64,000 nt of DNA, taken from assembly GCF_022045235.1 (NCBI RefSeq), contig NW_027266297.1:68200001-68264000 (forward strand), in the 5' to 3' direction. Position 1 is the first letter of the stretch. The number at the start of each line of letters is the position of its first letter. Below, in pieces: positions 37,301-50,200 of the stretch. Made by a program: the position numbers and the translations under genes. The DNA comes from Haliotis cracherodii. Lineage: Eukaryota. Below the pieces are notes generated by a model. That model was given only the letters and a program-made list of their open reading frames with translations. It had not been told where the DNA came from and searched no databases.

Positions 37301-38253
37301 CATTGTAGCATATCACAGGAATAAGGTCCTTGCTGTTAGCCCTCATGGGTTTCACCAAATTGGTAGATGCTTACACTCATCACTTCGGGCTGTTCTTCAA
37401 CATTGATCATTGTTAAGATTTGTTTGTTTGTTGTTTAACGCTGCACTCAGCAATATTCTAGCTTTATGACAGCGACCTGTAAATAATTGAGTCGGGACCA
37501 GACAATCCAGTGATTGATATCATGAACATTCATCTACATAATTCGGAAATGATGACATGCAACAACCAAGTCAGCGAGTCTGACCACCCAATCCCATTAG
37601 TGGCCTCTTAAGACCAGCATAGTCGCCTTTTAGGGAAGGCAGGGGTTGTTGAAGACCTATTCTATTCCGAATTGCGTGCTATGTATGTGCGTCCAAGGAC
37701 TTTTGACAAGCATAGTTGTCTTTTACTGCAAGAATAGCTTGTTGCTGAAAACCTATTCTACCCCAGATCTTAACGGTTCCCATTGTTAAGAGATTGGTTT
37801 TGATGCAATACTGTGTTGTGGAGTTTAGCCACACTTGCTCTTATCACTAATGTCAGAATATTTTATGTCTGAATATTCAGTGTTGTACCCACAGTGTGAA
37901 ATGTCATTATGTACCAAAGTTGAAAGTTTTGATTCGCAGTGAGCTCAAATTGTGTTGTTTTTGAAGGAAAAACAGCTGTTGATTTAGAAATGAACAAGAA
38001 TTTTCCCAGTATTTTCATTTATTACATGTGAGTCTAGCCACTACTAACATGAGGCTGTTGCTATCACCCAGTTTGTGTTAAATTCGGGTAGTTAATAATC
38101 TAGCTTGATCTGATCCCATTCTGTGGCTATCAGGATGATCAGGTGCCGGTAACCATGGTAGTCAGGTAATAGCTCAATGTTTGAATGTATTAATGTTTGT
38201 ACTGTTTTTTTCATGTTCTTGATTCTATGTTTGCAGACAATAAAGCTTTCAAC

Positions 38254-41200
38254 ATGGCTGTAAATGTGTACAACACAAGTGCCACAGCGGAAAATTTGAG
38301 CCGGCATGACATCATTGGTTGGGTCAATGACACTTTACAAGCTAACTACACAAAAATTGAGGAACTCTGTTCAGGTTGGTTTTATTTTCCATCTTAGGTT
38401 CTTGATCAATATAGGGTATAGTTGTTTGTAGTTTAATACCACACTCAGCGATATTCTAGCTATTGGACCTGTAGGAAGGAAACCTGTATATAATTCAGTC
38501 TGGACTAGACAAACAAGTGATTGAAATGATGGGCAACATTGCACGCTACACACAATCAACCAAGTTACCATCCTGACCATGATCTCACCCGTGAAGATCC
38601 GGGGTAGAATAGGTCTTCTGCAACCCATGCTTGTCGTAAAAGGCGACTAATGGGATCGGGTGGTCAGGCTCGCTGACTTGGTTGATGCATGTCATCGATC
38701 CCAATTGCATGGATTGATGCTCATGATATCAATCACTGGATTGTCTGGTCCAGACACGATTGCAGCGTAAAATAACCGACCAACCAACCAACCATGATCC
38801 ATCTAGTAGCCTCATGGACAAGCATGGTTGTTGTTCTAACCCGGAATTTCAACAGGAAAAGGTATAGTGTGCTCGATAGAGCTGAATAAGATATGTGGCC
38901 TGACTGATTGTGTGTCACCATGTTCCAATGTGATGGGTGTTACTTCTACTATCAACCATTGGTTTACCTTGTCCCAATTTGATGTAAAAGGCTCTTTTGT
39001 TCCAGCTTATACGTTGCTGATTTTGTGTAAAACAACATTCACTCACTCACTTTAGATATGGTTTCAGATCTGTTTTTTTTTTTAGGACATTGACTGATTA
39101 TCACCTAAAATGTCTACAGATATATTTTCAAATTTGTTAAAGATATAAATTTGATGAAATCATGAATACCATATGTCTCTGCAAAACCACTGCCTTACCT
39201 CTCCCTGGCCATGCCGACATCATATAAGCACACACAAATACAAGTGTGATAGTTTAATATGGACGTCTTTGAGAAGCCCCATTTAAGGCATTCTGTCTGA
39301 CGTAATGAATGCAGCAGACGGTATTGATTTGTGTGGGATGAGTGTTTGCTGGATCTCACTGATTGTCTCTTTGGAAGACTCCTTTTACAGACAGCCACAC
39401 CCATGCTGCCCAGTGTTTGTTTCTGTTTCTGTCCTTGTCACAGTAACACTGGCAGTGTCCATGTGTGGCTTAGGTTGTCCCCGGCAACCAACTGCTCTCT
39501 CTTTGTACTTCTCCAGGCAGTATGCAAAACAGAAGGAAGTTTCTATTACATTCAGGATACATTATTGTTTGTACTCTGGGTTTGAAACTGGGTCTGCTGC
39601 AGTGGCCTCAACATCATATGCATTGATTATATAATGATACAGTGTAAATGTGCATAGCAACCCATTATCAATATCATAATGCTGAATGTTCCCAGTTGAA
39701 AATGTTTGTGACAATTACTATGAGCACTGTCCAGTGTTTGAAATAATTTTAATACCCAACAAGCATGACAAGACAGTTGGGCAAGTGACCCATAAGTGTT
39801 GCTGCCCATTGTCAAAGTAACCTGCCCAGTTTCAGACAGTTTAAATATTGAAAAATCGCAAAATATAAGAGACAAATAGCATCTTGATTCAGTTGAAATA
39901 ATGCAAACAATTACTTGAGAATCTGGGGCGGTCGGGTAGCCTAGTGGTTAAAGCGTTTGCTCGTCACGCCGAAGACCCGGGTTCGATTCCCGACATGGGT
40001 ACAATGTGTGAAGCCCATTTCTGGTGTCCCCCGCCGTGATATTGCTGAAATATTGCTAAAAGCGGCGTAAAACCATATTCACTCACTCACTTGAGAATCT
40101 ACAAGGAGTTAAGCTAAAATTGAATACACGAGGAGTCAAAACAATATCTGTCAATCGGGCAGGTAGAAGAAAATTCATGCAGAAGACAGGCAGTTATTTC
40201 GGACACTGGCACTGTCTATCATGTGTGTCTTTTCATTCATGTTCCATGTACTGAAATTATTTTCAGTTGTGACGTCTATTTTTGTTTAGGCTTAATGAAA
40301 TGATAATTGTGTTTCAGTCAGTTATCTCGGGTATGTGGGATTTTTCTTGGTCTGCCAAGAAACTGATGTCTGCAGGTCTGCAGCAAATTAAAACATGACC
40401 AAGTTATGTCAAAATAATTATAACTAATTTTATGATAATGACAAAGAGAAAAATATGAAGTTCAACAAGATAATTATTTTTCCCAATGTGTAAATGTTTA
40501 AGAGCTGCATCACTTTGGACATTCTTTAACCTGACAGGCAATGCCATACTGAAACACTGTTATCAGCGATGTTAAACCAAACTTGATCATACAACAAGGT
40601 TTCAAAGCAGTGGCATGGTTTGTGGTGCTTCTCAATTCACTTTTACTGAAAGAGGTATGTGACCTGGCGTAAAACAAATATTGCTTCAAATTTTGCATGA
40701 TATGTCATCATATCTGTCATGTCTTTGAAAATTTGACGTATAGAGTTTGGTTTTTTTAATGGTCCATTTCACATTGGCGATAGACTGACTCTAAATATGT
40801 TGCCAAGCGAATCCCAATATGGCCATGGTGTCTGAATGGTCCATTTCATATTGGCGATAGACTGACACTAAATATGTTGCTAAGCGAATCCCAATATGGC
40901 CATGGTGTTTGAATGGTCCATTTCATATTGGCGATAGACTGACACTAAATATGTTGCTAAGCGACTCCGAATATGGCCATGGTGTTTGAATGGTCCATTT
41001 CATATTGGCGATAGACTGACACTAAATATGTTGCTAAGCGACTCCCAATATGGACATGGTGTTTGAATGGTCCATTTCATATTGGGGATAGACTGACTCT
41101 AAATATGTTGCCAAGCGAATCCCAATATGGCCATGGTGTCTGAATGGTCCATTTCATATTGGCGATAGACTGACACTAAATATGTTGCTAAGCGAATCCC

Positions 41201-44200
41201 AATATGGCCATGGTGTTTGAATGGTCCATTTCATATTGGCGATAGACTGACACTAAATATGTTGCTAAGCGACTCCCAATATGGACATGGTGTTTGAATG
41301 GTCCATTTCATATTGGCGATAGACTGACTCTAAATATGTTGCTAAGCGACTCCCAATATGGCCATGGTGTTTGAATGGTCCATTTCATATTGGCGATAGA
41401 CTGACACTAAATATTTTGCTAAGCGACTCCCAACATACCCATGGCCACAACATGCCAGTTGGAGCAGTGAACGGGAATGTTTATGAGAGGACAACCCTAA
41501 ATATTTTTTCCACTTGAAACACCTATGTGATACTGGCATCACAGCATCTAGAATAATAATGATCTATTAAACATGTTAAACTGAAAACCACTTATTTTTC
41601 AATTGTACCCAAACTGTATCTGTATTCAATGGTTTATGTTGTCATGCTATCCATTGGCCAGCTATGAAACATGATGTATCACACAGTCTGGTTCCAAACC
41701 TCTGTTGACCCGTGAAGATTCCGGGGTAGTATAGGTCTTCAGCAACCCATGCTTGCCGTAAAAGGTGACTATGCTTGTCGTAAAAGGCAACTAATGGGAT
41801 CGGGTGGTCAGGCTCGCTGACTTAGTTGATGCATGACATCGATCCCAATTGCGTGGATCGATGCTCATGATATTAATCACTGGATTGTCTGATCAAGACT
41901 CGATTATTTACAGACTGCTGTCATATAGCTGGAATATTGCTGAGTGCGGCGTTAAACAACAAACCAACCGACCGACCAACTAAACCTCCGTTAAACATTA
42001 CAAGACTACCTAATATCACATATGTATGTGTCATTTATGTCGATGCATTTACAAGCCTTCAGAAAAGGACATGCATGGTGTAGATGACAGTATCACATTA
42101 CAAACACTTTCAATGAATCCATTCTAATCAAAGCTGTCATTTGTCTGTTTGTAAGACCATGGGTAACATTTGTTTGCAGTGCAAACATGACATTACTTCA
42201 CCTCCTTTAGTAGTGAATGGCTGTTGACAGTTTGGGTTAAATAGGCAATGCAAACCTTTGTGCATGTGTTTCTATACAAACAGTAGATGCTTAACTGAAT
42301 GCTTTCTTTCCTTTCAGGTAGTTCATATTGCCAGTTTATGGACATGATGTTTCCAGGTGAGTTATCGTCACACAATGACACTGTAGTAGCTCTAGGCTTT
42401 CCTTTGACCTCTTAACTGTCAGGATATTATTAATATGTATAAACATGACGAAGCCATGATGAGTGCCTGAAAAATCACCTCAATCTAGTAGCAAAGAAGA
42501 ATGTATTTTGTCCAGGTTGATATACCATGGAGGACCATTCTGAGCTGAAGTGTCTTTATAAATATGATAATGTTGTTTATAGTTGCTTGGCAGATAAATG
42601 AATGTTGGTCCTGAATGTTTATGAATATATGGCTTAGACATCTCTATGCAGTGAAGAATGTGGCCTAGACATGGATGAGTCATGAGACAGCTGGATCCAA
42701 GGGCATATCGTCTTCATTGATAAGTGCAACACACTGTCATAAATATAAACGCCTCTAGTAAGCTTTGACCAAAGTATCAATTTATTGTACATTCTGTGTG
42801 CAGATAGATTTATACCATGTGGTTGTCATATATAGTTGTCTTTCTACATGTTCTACAAATATCAATGTATGAAAATCATTTAATTGATTTTTTTTCACTC
42901 ATTCTTCCATGTATAAACAAGGTTCATACAGGCTTCGAAAGCCCTTGTATTTTGAGGCCCCTCTTGAAAAGCCTTGATTATTTTTTAATATCAGCCATGA
43001 AAAGCCTTGAAAATCACAAATAGCTTGAAAAGCCTAAAAATTTGTACAAAAGGACTGTACATATATACATGATATACCTGTTAATATAAGTATATGTATT
43101 CAAAATTCTTCACTGACTTAATGCATTTTATTATTGGTTGTGAAAATAAGTCTTATTGGAAAATTTGTGATGTTCATACTGCTTTTCAGGTCTTACGATT
43201 AATATATAGTGTGCTTGATTTAAAAACATATATTGACAGACCAAGGGTAATAAACCAACTAAAAATCCTTGAAATGCCTTGAATTGTTCCATATCTGTAT
43301 GAACCTTGATAAATGTGTTTAGACTCTGAGATTTACAACTAATGATACACCGCATCACATTTATTACGTATGTGTACTGTCATTGTGAGTATTGTGTTTG
43401 TTGTCTATGTAACTTATGAGAAAGGTAAGCTGCATGTCATTGATGTTCCTGAGCCATCTTGTCCCAGATTACACATGTATGTATTGCCTCTGTTTAGTCT
43501 GTGTAGAGACATATTCAGTAGAGTATATTTCCTTCGGGTATATAGTACATATACTTGTTATCAAGTTTATTTACCGATCGCCTTGTAAACTTAAATGAAA
43601 ACCAAGGGTGTGGCAGTCTACCTTAAATTTAATTCAGAATGCAGAAATAACGATTCCACTCAGTTACAATGTGACAATTAATAATAGAAGTCAATGGATA
43701 CACTCTCATGTTAAAAGGAAAGATGATGGAGATTAACATTAAGATATCAGAAGAAAACCTCAAGGCCCCTTTGATGCTCTCTAAGTGTCAACATTTTGTT
43801 GATGCTCATTAAAACCTGTGACTTACTATTGATGTAATATGGAGAGGTTCAGAGTGTTACGCTAGATTACAGTGTTATGTATTTTATGCTGGTGGACATA
43901 ATTGAATATTGCAAATTTTATGAAAGCAGTAATAATAGTTTAGGAATTGACACACATAACATGAATATCTTTTAACCACCCTTTATCATGTATAAGATTT
44001 ACTTATGAACAAGAAAATCAGTTCCTATTCATCATCTACAAGGTAACTTAAATAATAAATATGGAACAAGTTTGGATGAATTTTTGCCACATGTAGTTGC
44101 ACACTACATGTAGTTGTATTTATTGCATTACAGGACAAAATCAACAATACCTATAGTCTGGAAGTTAATTTAAGATACCGACGTTTACTACAATATCTGA

Positions 44201-47200
44201 AAAACTAGGCCATATGACACAGTTGAACCAATCAACTCAACTCGATGGGTGCACAGGAATCATGCACGCACGAATACGGTGTTAGCGTTGGGCGTCTCAA
44301 CGTGTGTTTTGCCAGTGCACCCTTTCGAGTTGAATTGATTGGTTCAACTGTGTCATATGGCCCTGTGAGTAGGGGTAGCAATATACAGATGGCTGTTTCA
44401 ATGAATGCTCGTTCCACCCATGACGAACAGGTCTGGTTGTTAATGAAATATAGTGATAGCCAAATAGACAGATTTTTTATTCATGCACCGGTTGTCTTTA
44501 AATGTAATATCCAGTTATGTATGACTGTTTAATAATCTCATACCAACTTTGACTGGAGGAGGTCAGATAGTTTTTCAGATATTGTAGTAAACGTCAGTAC
44601 CTGAAATTACCTTCCAGACTATATCTGTAGTGATATCTCATGTAGTGTTGTCAAGTTACATAGCTTCTCGGCTGCCAGAGGTTACATCAGCTGCTGTTCA
44701 CAGTGAAATCCTGTAGTATTGAACATACAGTGCTATTTTGCCCTGGTCACTGACCAATCTTGGTGCTACTTCAGGGCCTTGCTCTCAATGAAGTATTTTT
44801 AAGAAGAAACCTTTGCATTGGATAGGCTAGTGGATGTTTGTTTGTTGTTTAAGACCCAACTCATCAATATTCCATCTATTTGACGGCAGTCTGTAAATAA
44901 TTGAGTCTGGGCCAGACAATCTAGTGATTGATATCATGAGCATCAATCCACACCATTGGAATATGATGACATGCATCAACTAAGTCAGTGAGCCTGACCA
45001 CCCGACCCCATTAGTCACCTCTGACGACCAGCAGTGTCGCCTTTTATGGCAAGCATGGGTTGTTGAAGACCTATTCTACTCCGGATTGCATGCTATGTAT
45101 ATGCGTCCAAGGAAGGTCCATTTTGAGGCGGGACGGTCAGGTAGCCTAGAGGTTAAAGCGTTAGCTAGTCAAGCTGAAGACCTGGGTTCGATTCCCGACA
45201 TGGGTGCAATGTGTGAAGCCATTTCTGGTGTCCGTCCCCAGCTGTGATATTGCTGGAATATTGCTAAAAACGGCGTAAAACCTCACTCACTCACTCACCA
45301 TTTTGAGGCTGTTGTATTCACCATGTGCAGGTATGAGGTTCATACATGCTGGCAGGGATGTAAATGAATAGACTCCCAATCATATTGAATAACAGTTAAT
45401 AAAAATTTCATTTTTTTAAACTTTTATTCCACCATATTAAAACACTAAAAATAGTGACATCAATTCTTAAATAAACTGAAGAAACACAAGAAGACATTTG
45501 ACAATTTTTAACATGTTAGAGGTACACAACAATTTGTATATTTTTAGAGTGTTAGTATAATATTGTTAAAACAATTATTTTATTAATTTGTTATCATGGT
45601 TATGATCTTTTGTAATGTCTGTGATTATTTTTGCCTGAGGTATCTTGCACAACTGCCTGAAAGTGCATGATTAATCATTCAGCATGACAAATAACATTCA
45701 TGGGAAGCCTAGTAAAAAAAAATCAGGTTGTCTGAGGTGAATACAAGGAGCAAGGGAAAAGTTAAACATGAAGACATGTGAATGAAACATTGTTTATGGT
45801 TTTAACGTTCTGGGAGTTAATTGGATAATTAGATGGATTCTGTATTTGCTGTCAGGTACCAGGTAAAACAGGAGCATGACTCACACCCTTGTGTCAGGTC
45901 ACTTATAGCCCAGACTACGGCCGGACGTTTGTTTTTGCTGTTTATGGATTTTGTTAGTGAATGAATTGAACAGGATATTTTAATCATAAGGAAGAGAATG
46001 TCAACATCCATAAATCTCTTCCTTTTGTGCATCACTTCTAAATGCCATTCAAAGACTTGATTTTTTTGTCATCTTTAACATGTTTAAAGTTTGATTTGGA
46101 TTGAAAAGGTGATTTAATTAATTGGTGAAAAAAATTCAGTTTTATTCATTAAGAATCCCTTGAATGATTTTTATTATAGAAATTATTTTTACCATCTACC
46201 ATCAGCGGTATTAAAAACCTTGTCATCATGATTTTCTCTCCTCCCTTATCTTCTTCTTCCCCCCCCCCACAACTTTTTAAATCCAACAAAAAAATGATGT
46301 ATGGCCAAAATAGTGATTCCATTAAGAGTAGAATCCTCCTTGACCTATTAATAGTTAGTGAATTACAGGGGTGATCAGGTTAGATGGAGTCAGTTTGACA
46401 GCCACTAGTTACTCACTGCACTTCCTGGGTAGAGTATAGCTGACTAACACTCATAACATGACAGGCTGCTACCATAAACATCAGCAAGATACTGGCTGCT
46501 TGGCAGTTTCCTTAGAGATGTCAAAGAGTCATTGGTATGAAGTCTGGCAGGGGCACTGTAATAAACATGATATATGGGGCAGACAGTACTGTACACTGTA
46601 TGGAAGTTACCAGGTCACAATTCAGTTTAAGCTACTTCATCTGCATGTTGTTCTTACTCTTAGTAGTGTTCGGGGGCACGGGTGGCCCAGTCGTCTAAGG
46701 CGCCGCGATTTGCTGTGCAGAGTTGCGCCCCTTGGGCACGCCAGAAACCTATGATTGTGGGTTCGAATCCTGGTTAGCCCCGATTATGTTTCTAGGTTTG
46801 TCCGCACCAAACCAGTGCTCGTGGGTTTCGACGAAGTGGTAAACGTCTGAGACCTGCATCACTTAGGGCTTTCCTCCCACATTAAGCTGACACGCCGTGA
46901 TATAACTGGAATACTGTTAAAAGCGGTGTTAAACCCAACTCACTCACTCACTCTTAGTAGTGTTCAGTTTAATTGATTATTAGCATGATTAGTTTATTTC
47001 AGTTAAAACCAAGAAATTGAATAAAAAATGTTCTCAATGGTGTTTCTTTTATGATCCGGTATGTGACAGTCTGTATTGCTGATTCAAGGGAAGTATCATT
47101 TGCAAATCTTATTATTATTCCTTTGTGGGATACTGAGTGATAACAAATGCAGTCTATGCTTAATCATGATCAATCCCAATTTAATGGTTGACTTCTCTTT

Positions 47201-50200
47201 CGAACCAGTGGGCAATACAGAAAGTTTTACCCATTATCAACTCTGTTGGAATTAGTATTAACATGATTAATGAACATAAATGCTGGATATATATTATAAA
47301 TCAATAACATTAATAATAATCATCATCATCATCATGATCATAATACCCAGGTTTGCTACCAGGAATACAGCCCCTCTGACAAATGGGTAATGCAGAAGGC
47401 TGAAGTGTTGGGGAGTCTTCACATTCTCCGAAAAGTTCTGGGTGGGTTTGACTTGGCAGCGCTTCCTGGGAGAAGTCCCATTTGCTCTCTGGGCTGCGTG
47501 TAGAGGGGGCAAGGGCCCTGAGCTGATGATAAAGCCTAACCATCCTGACTGTGCCAGGATCACCCAAACCCTCTTTGCTGCATTTTTTATTTTAATCTGT
47601 ACATAATAATAATGCCCAAAGTACAAAACCACCTTTATGAGTGAAACATTTTTGCCTTGGTTCCGTCAGTAATATCAGGAAGTATGTAGTAAGTCCGACT
47701 GCCAGTGGATGGCAGGAAGTTGTGATAGTGTGTAAACTGCCCCCTAGTGGGGCCGGTCATTATATAGCATGGCAGTTCCACCCATTCCCACTGGGGCTGT
47801 CTGAACTTCAGTGGCCGACCAATCCCTGCCACAGCAAGCAAGGGAGTTGCTATCTCAAACTCATTAGTGTAACTCACTACCTCATCAAAGCTGCAACTCA
47901 AACCTTCAGTATCAGCAGGTTATCTTGGTCGTGTAGCAGGAAGAAGTTAACCACTTGTCCGCTACATTCACTGAAAGATTAGGTTAGCCCATGTGTCTCA
48001 TTGCTCACTGCACAAAGTTATGCATTTTCGGCTTAGATGAAACCACCAAAATGACTAAATGCTATTAAAATTTAAAAAAGTTATAACCCAAAATATTTTA
48101 TTATTGTGGATAAAGTTTACATTTATTAATATATTTTTTTGTCCTCATCCTCATTATGCGTATTGTGCCTATATCAATCATAATTTTAAAGAGTTAGACA
48201 AGGGCAGTGATCTGGTTTACTGTTAGCTCCTCCAACCTTATGTTATTTTAACAACTGGAAGTGTGTTAAACACAGATTAACCATTTGTATTTATCATGTC
48301 AGAAATTATGAGGGATTCCAGAATTTGACATTTTTTGCCATAGTATATTTGTCTATTGAATCCTAAATCTTAAATAATGGAGTTATGAAAAAGACTCGTT
48401 TGTCTTTCATTCTACTGAATGTATTTTTCTGTTTGGTTTTACAAGATTTCAATTAATTAAAAACAAAATGTGACAGTAGCTGAATGTATTGCCAGGGAAA
48501 CAGCACTGTAATATCACATTTTTTGTATTTAGTTTATGAACTTCAAAATGAGGATAAATATATATCAAATAATTTTATCAATACATTGTGTGTTTTGTCA
48601 TTTACTGATGCTGCTAATGTAACAATTAAAATTATGATTAATGTAAGGATATGTTCAGAAATGAATTGTGAACCAGTGGGATTTGTTACGTTAAGTTTTC
48701 TTTAGGATTTCTTAAGCTATGAATAAATTACCATGTAGATCAACATCTGACAAGCATTTTGTTTCCCAGTTAAGCTGCATCTGTGATTGTGTCTTGTTGA
48801 TGTTTGTTCTTCCTATATGCTCCTTGCATTGTGTGTATGCACATTGACATCTCCATCGGCCTTAAACAATTTTGCATCTTATTGATGTCGCTTTCTTATC
48901 ATTTGGATTATTTGAGATTTGTCTCCAATATTACAGGGCATGTTTAGTCTACATGGCAACATTGCAGATTTTATAACATTAACACATATTGAATCACAAA
49001 GGCTTGACCAAAATTAAATATGAAAAATGGAAATAGCGTACAACAGTCAATAAAAAACGACAGGCAAATTGGTGTCCCCCAAACGAAAAATTCTGCCACT
49101 GATGGGATTCTCCTTACTGGGGTTTCTGGTGTTTGACGTGATCATGACGATTGGGCTGACACCCAGTCTGCCTGTTTCTGCTTCAGATTTTTAATACATC
49201 ACAGGTTTTTTGTCTGCTCATCTATTTGATTACTTTGTCCACTATTTATGTCACCTTAGTAACAACACTGAAGATGCCTTCAGTTGTTTTCGCAGGGGAT
49301 TAATCCCTGACATGCATTTATTGTGTGGAATAGGGCCGAGGTCAGCTGGTGTTTTACTACAGTATATGTATAATGGATAAAAATTGCATAATAGATGAAT
49401 GCAGCAAACATATCAGCCAATGAAAATAGTTGTCTCCGCTGCGCCAGTAGCTTTAGGCCATGTCCCCAAATAAGTTTTTTTGTAAGCCAATTAGAGAGCA
49501 TGTGATCTCGGCACTTTCACCTGAACATTTAAATACTTTCTACGAATATGATGAATTTTTCACTTTCTGAATGCATCAAGTGAAATTGATATTCGCAGCA
49601 AAATCGCAATTTTCACTTTACTTGCCCTTTAAAGTATTACAGTTATTAACCGGAACACGAATACAGTATTGATTTACATGTAAGGAAGTGGAGAATATGT
49701 TGGGGTAGTGTTCATAGTAATAAGATCTTTTGGAAAATATTACTGCAACTCTATGAAGGAAGTGTTTGTAACATAACTTGAATAGTCACTAACTTATGTG
49801 AACAGCCGAGACAATGTACATGATGTAAGAAAATGTCTGTGATAGGTTTCTCATGTTCATATATGGAGGTAAGACTTGGAAGTATTGTACTATATTCCTT
49901 TATATTACTGTATTTATTGAATGGGTAAGAGGTGTACTATATGGTGTATTCAATATATGTATAATACAGAGGTGTAAGCCCATATATACAGGTGATGTTG
50001 TGTGTCCCCGTCCTGCTTGTGACATTGTTTGTGACTGAATTCCCTATTGCAGGCACTATTCTCTTGAAGAAAGTCAAATACAACACCAAATTAGAACATG
50101 AAGCCATTCAGAATTTCAAGCTGCTGCAAGGGAGTTTTAAGAAGAATGGTGTCGACAAGGTGACTTACACGATGTCTGACCTGATGGTCAGGGGAGGCAA

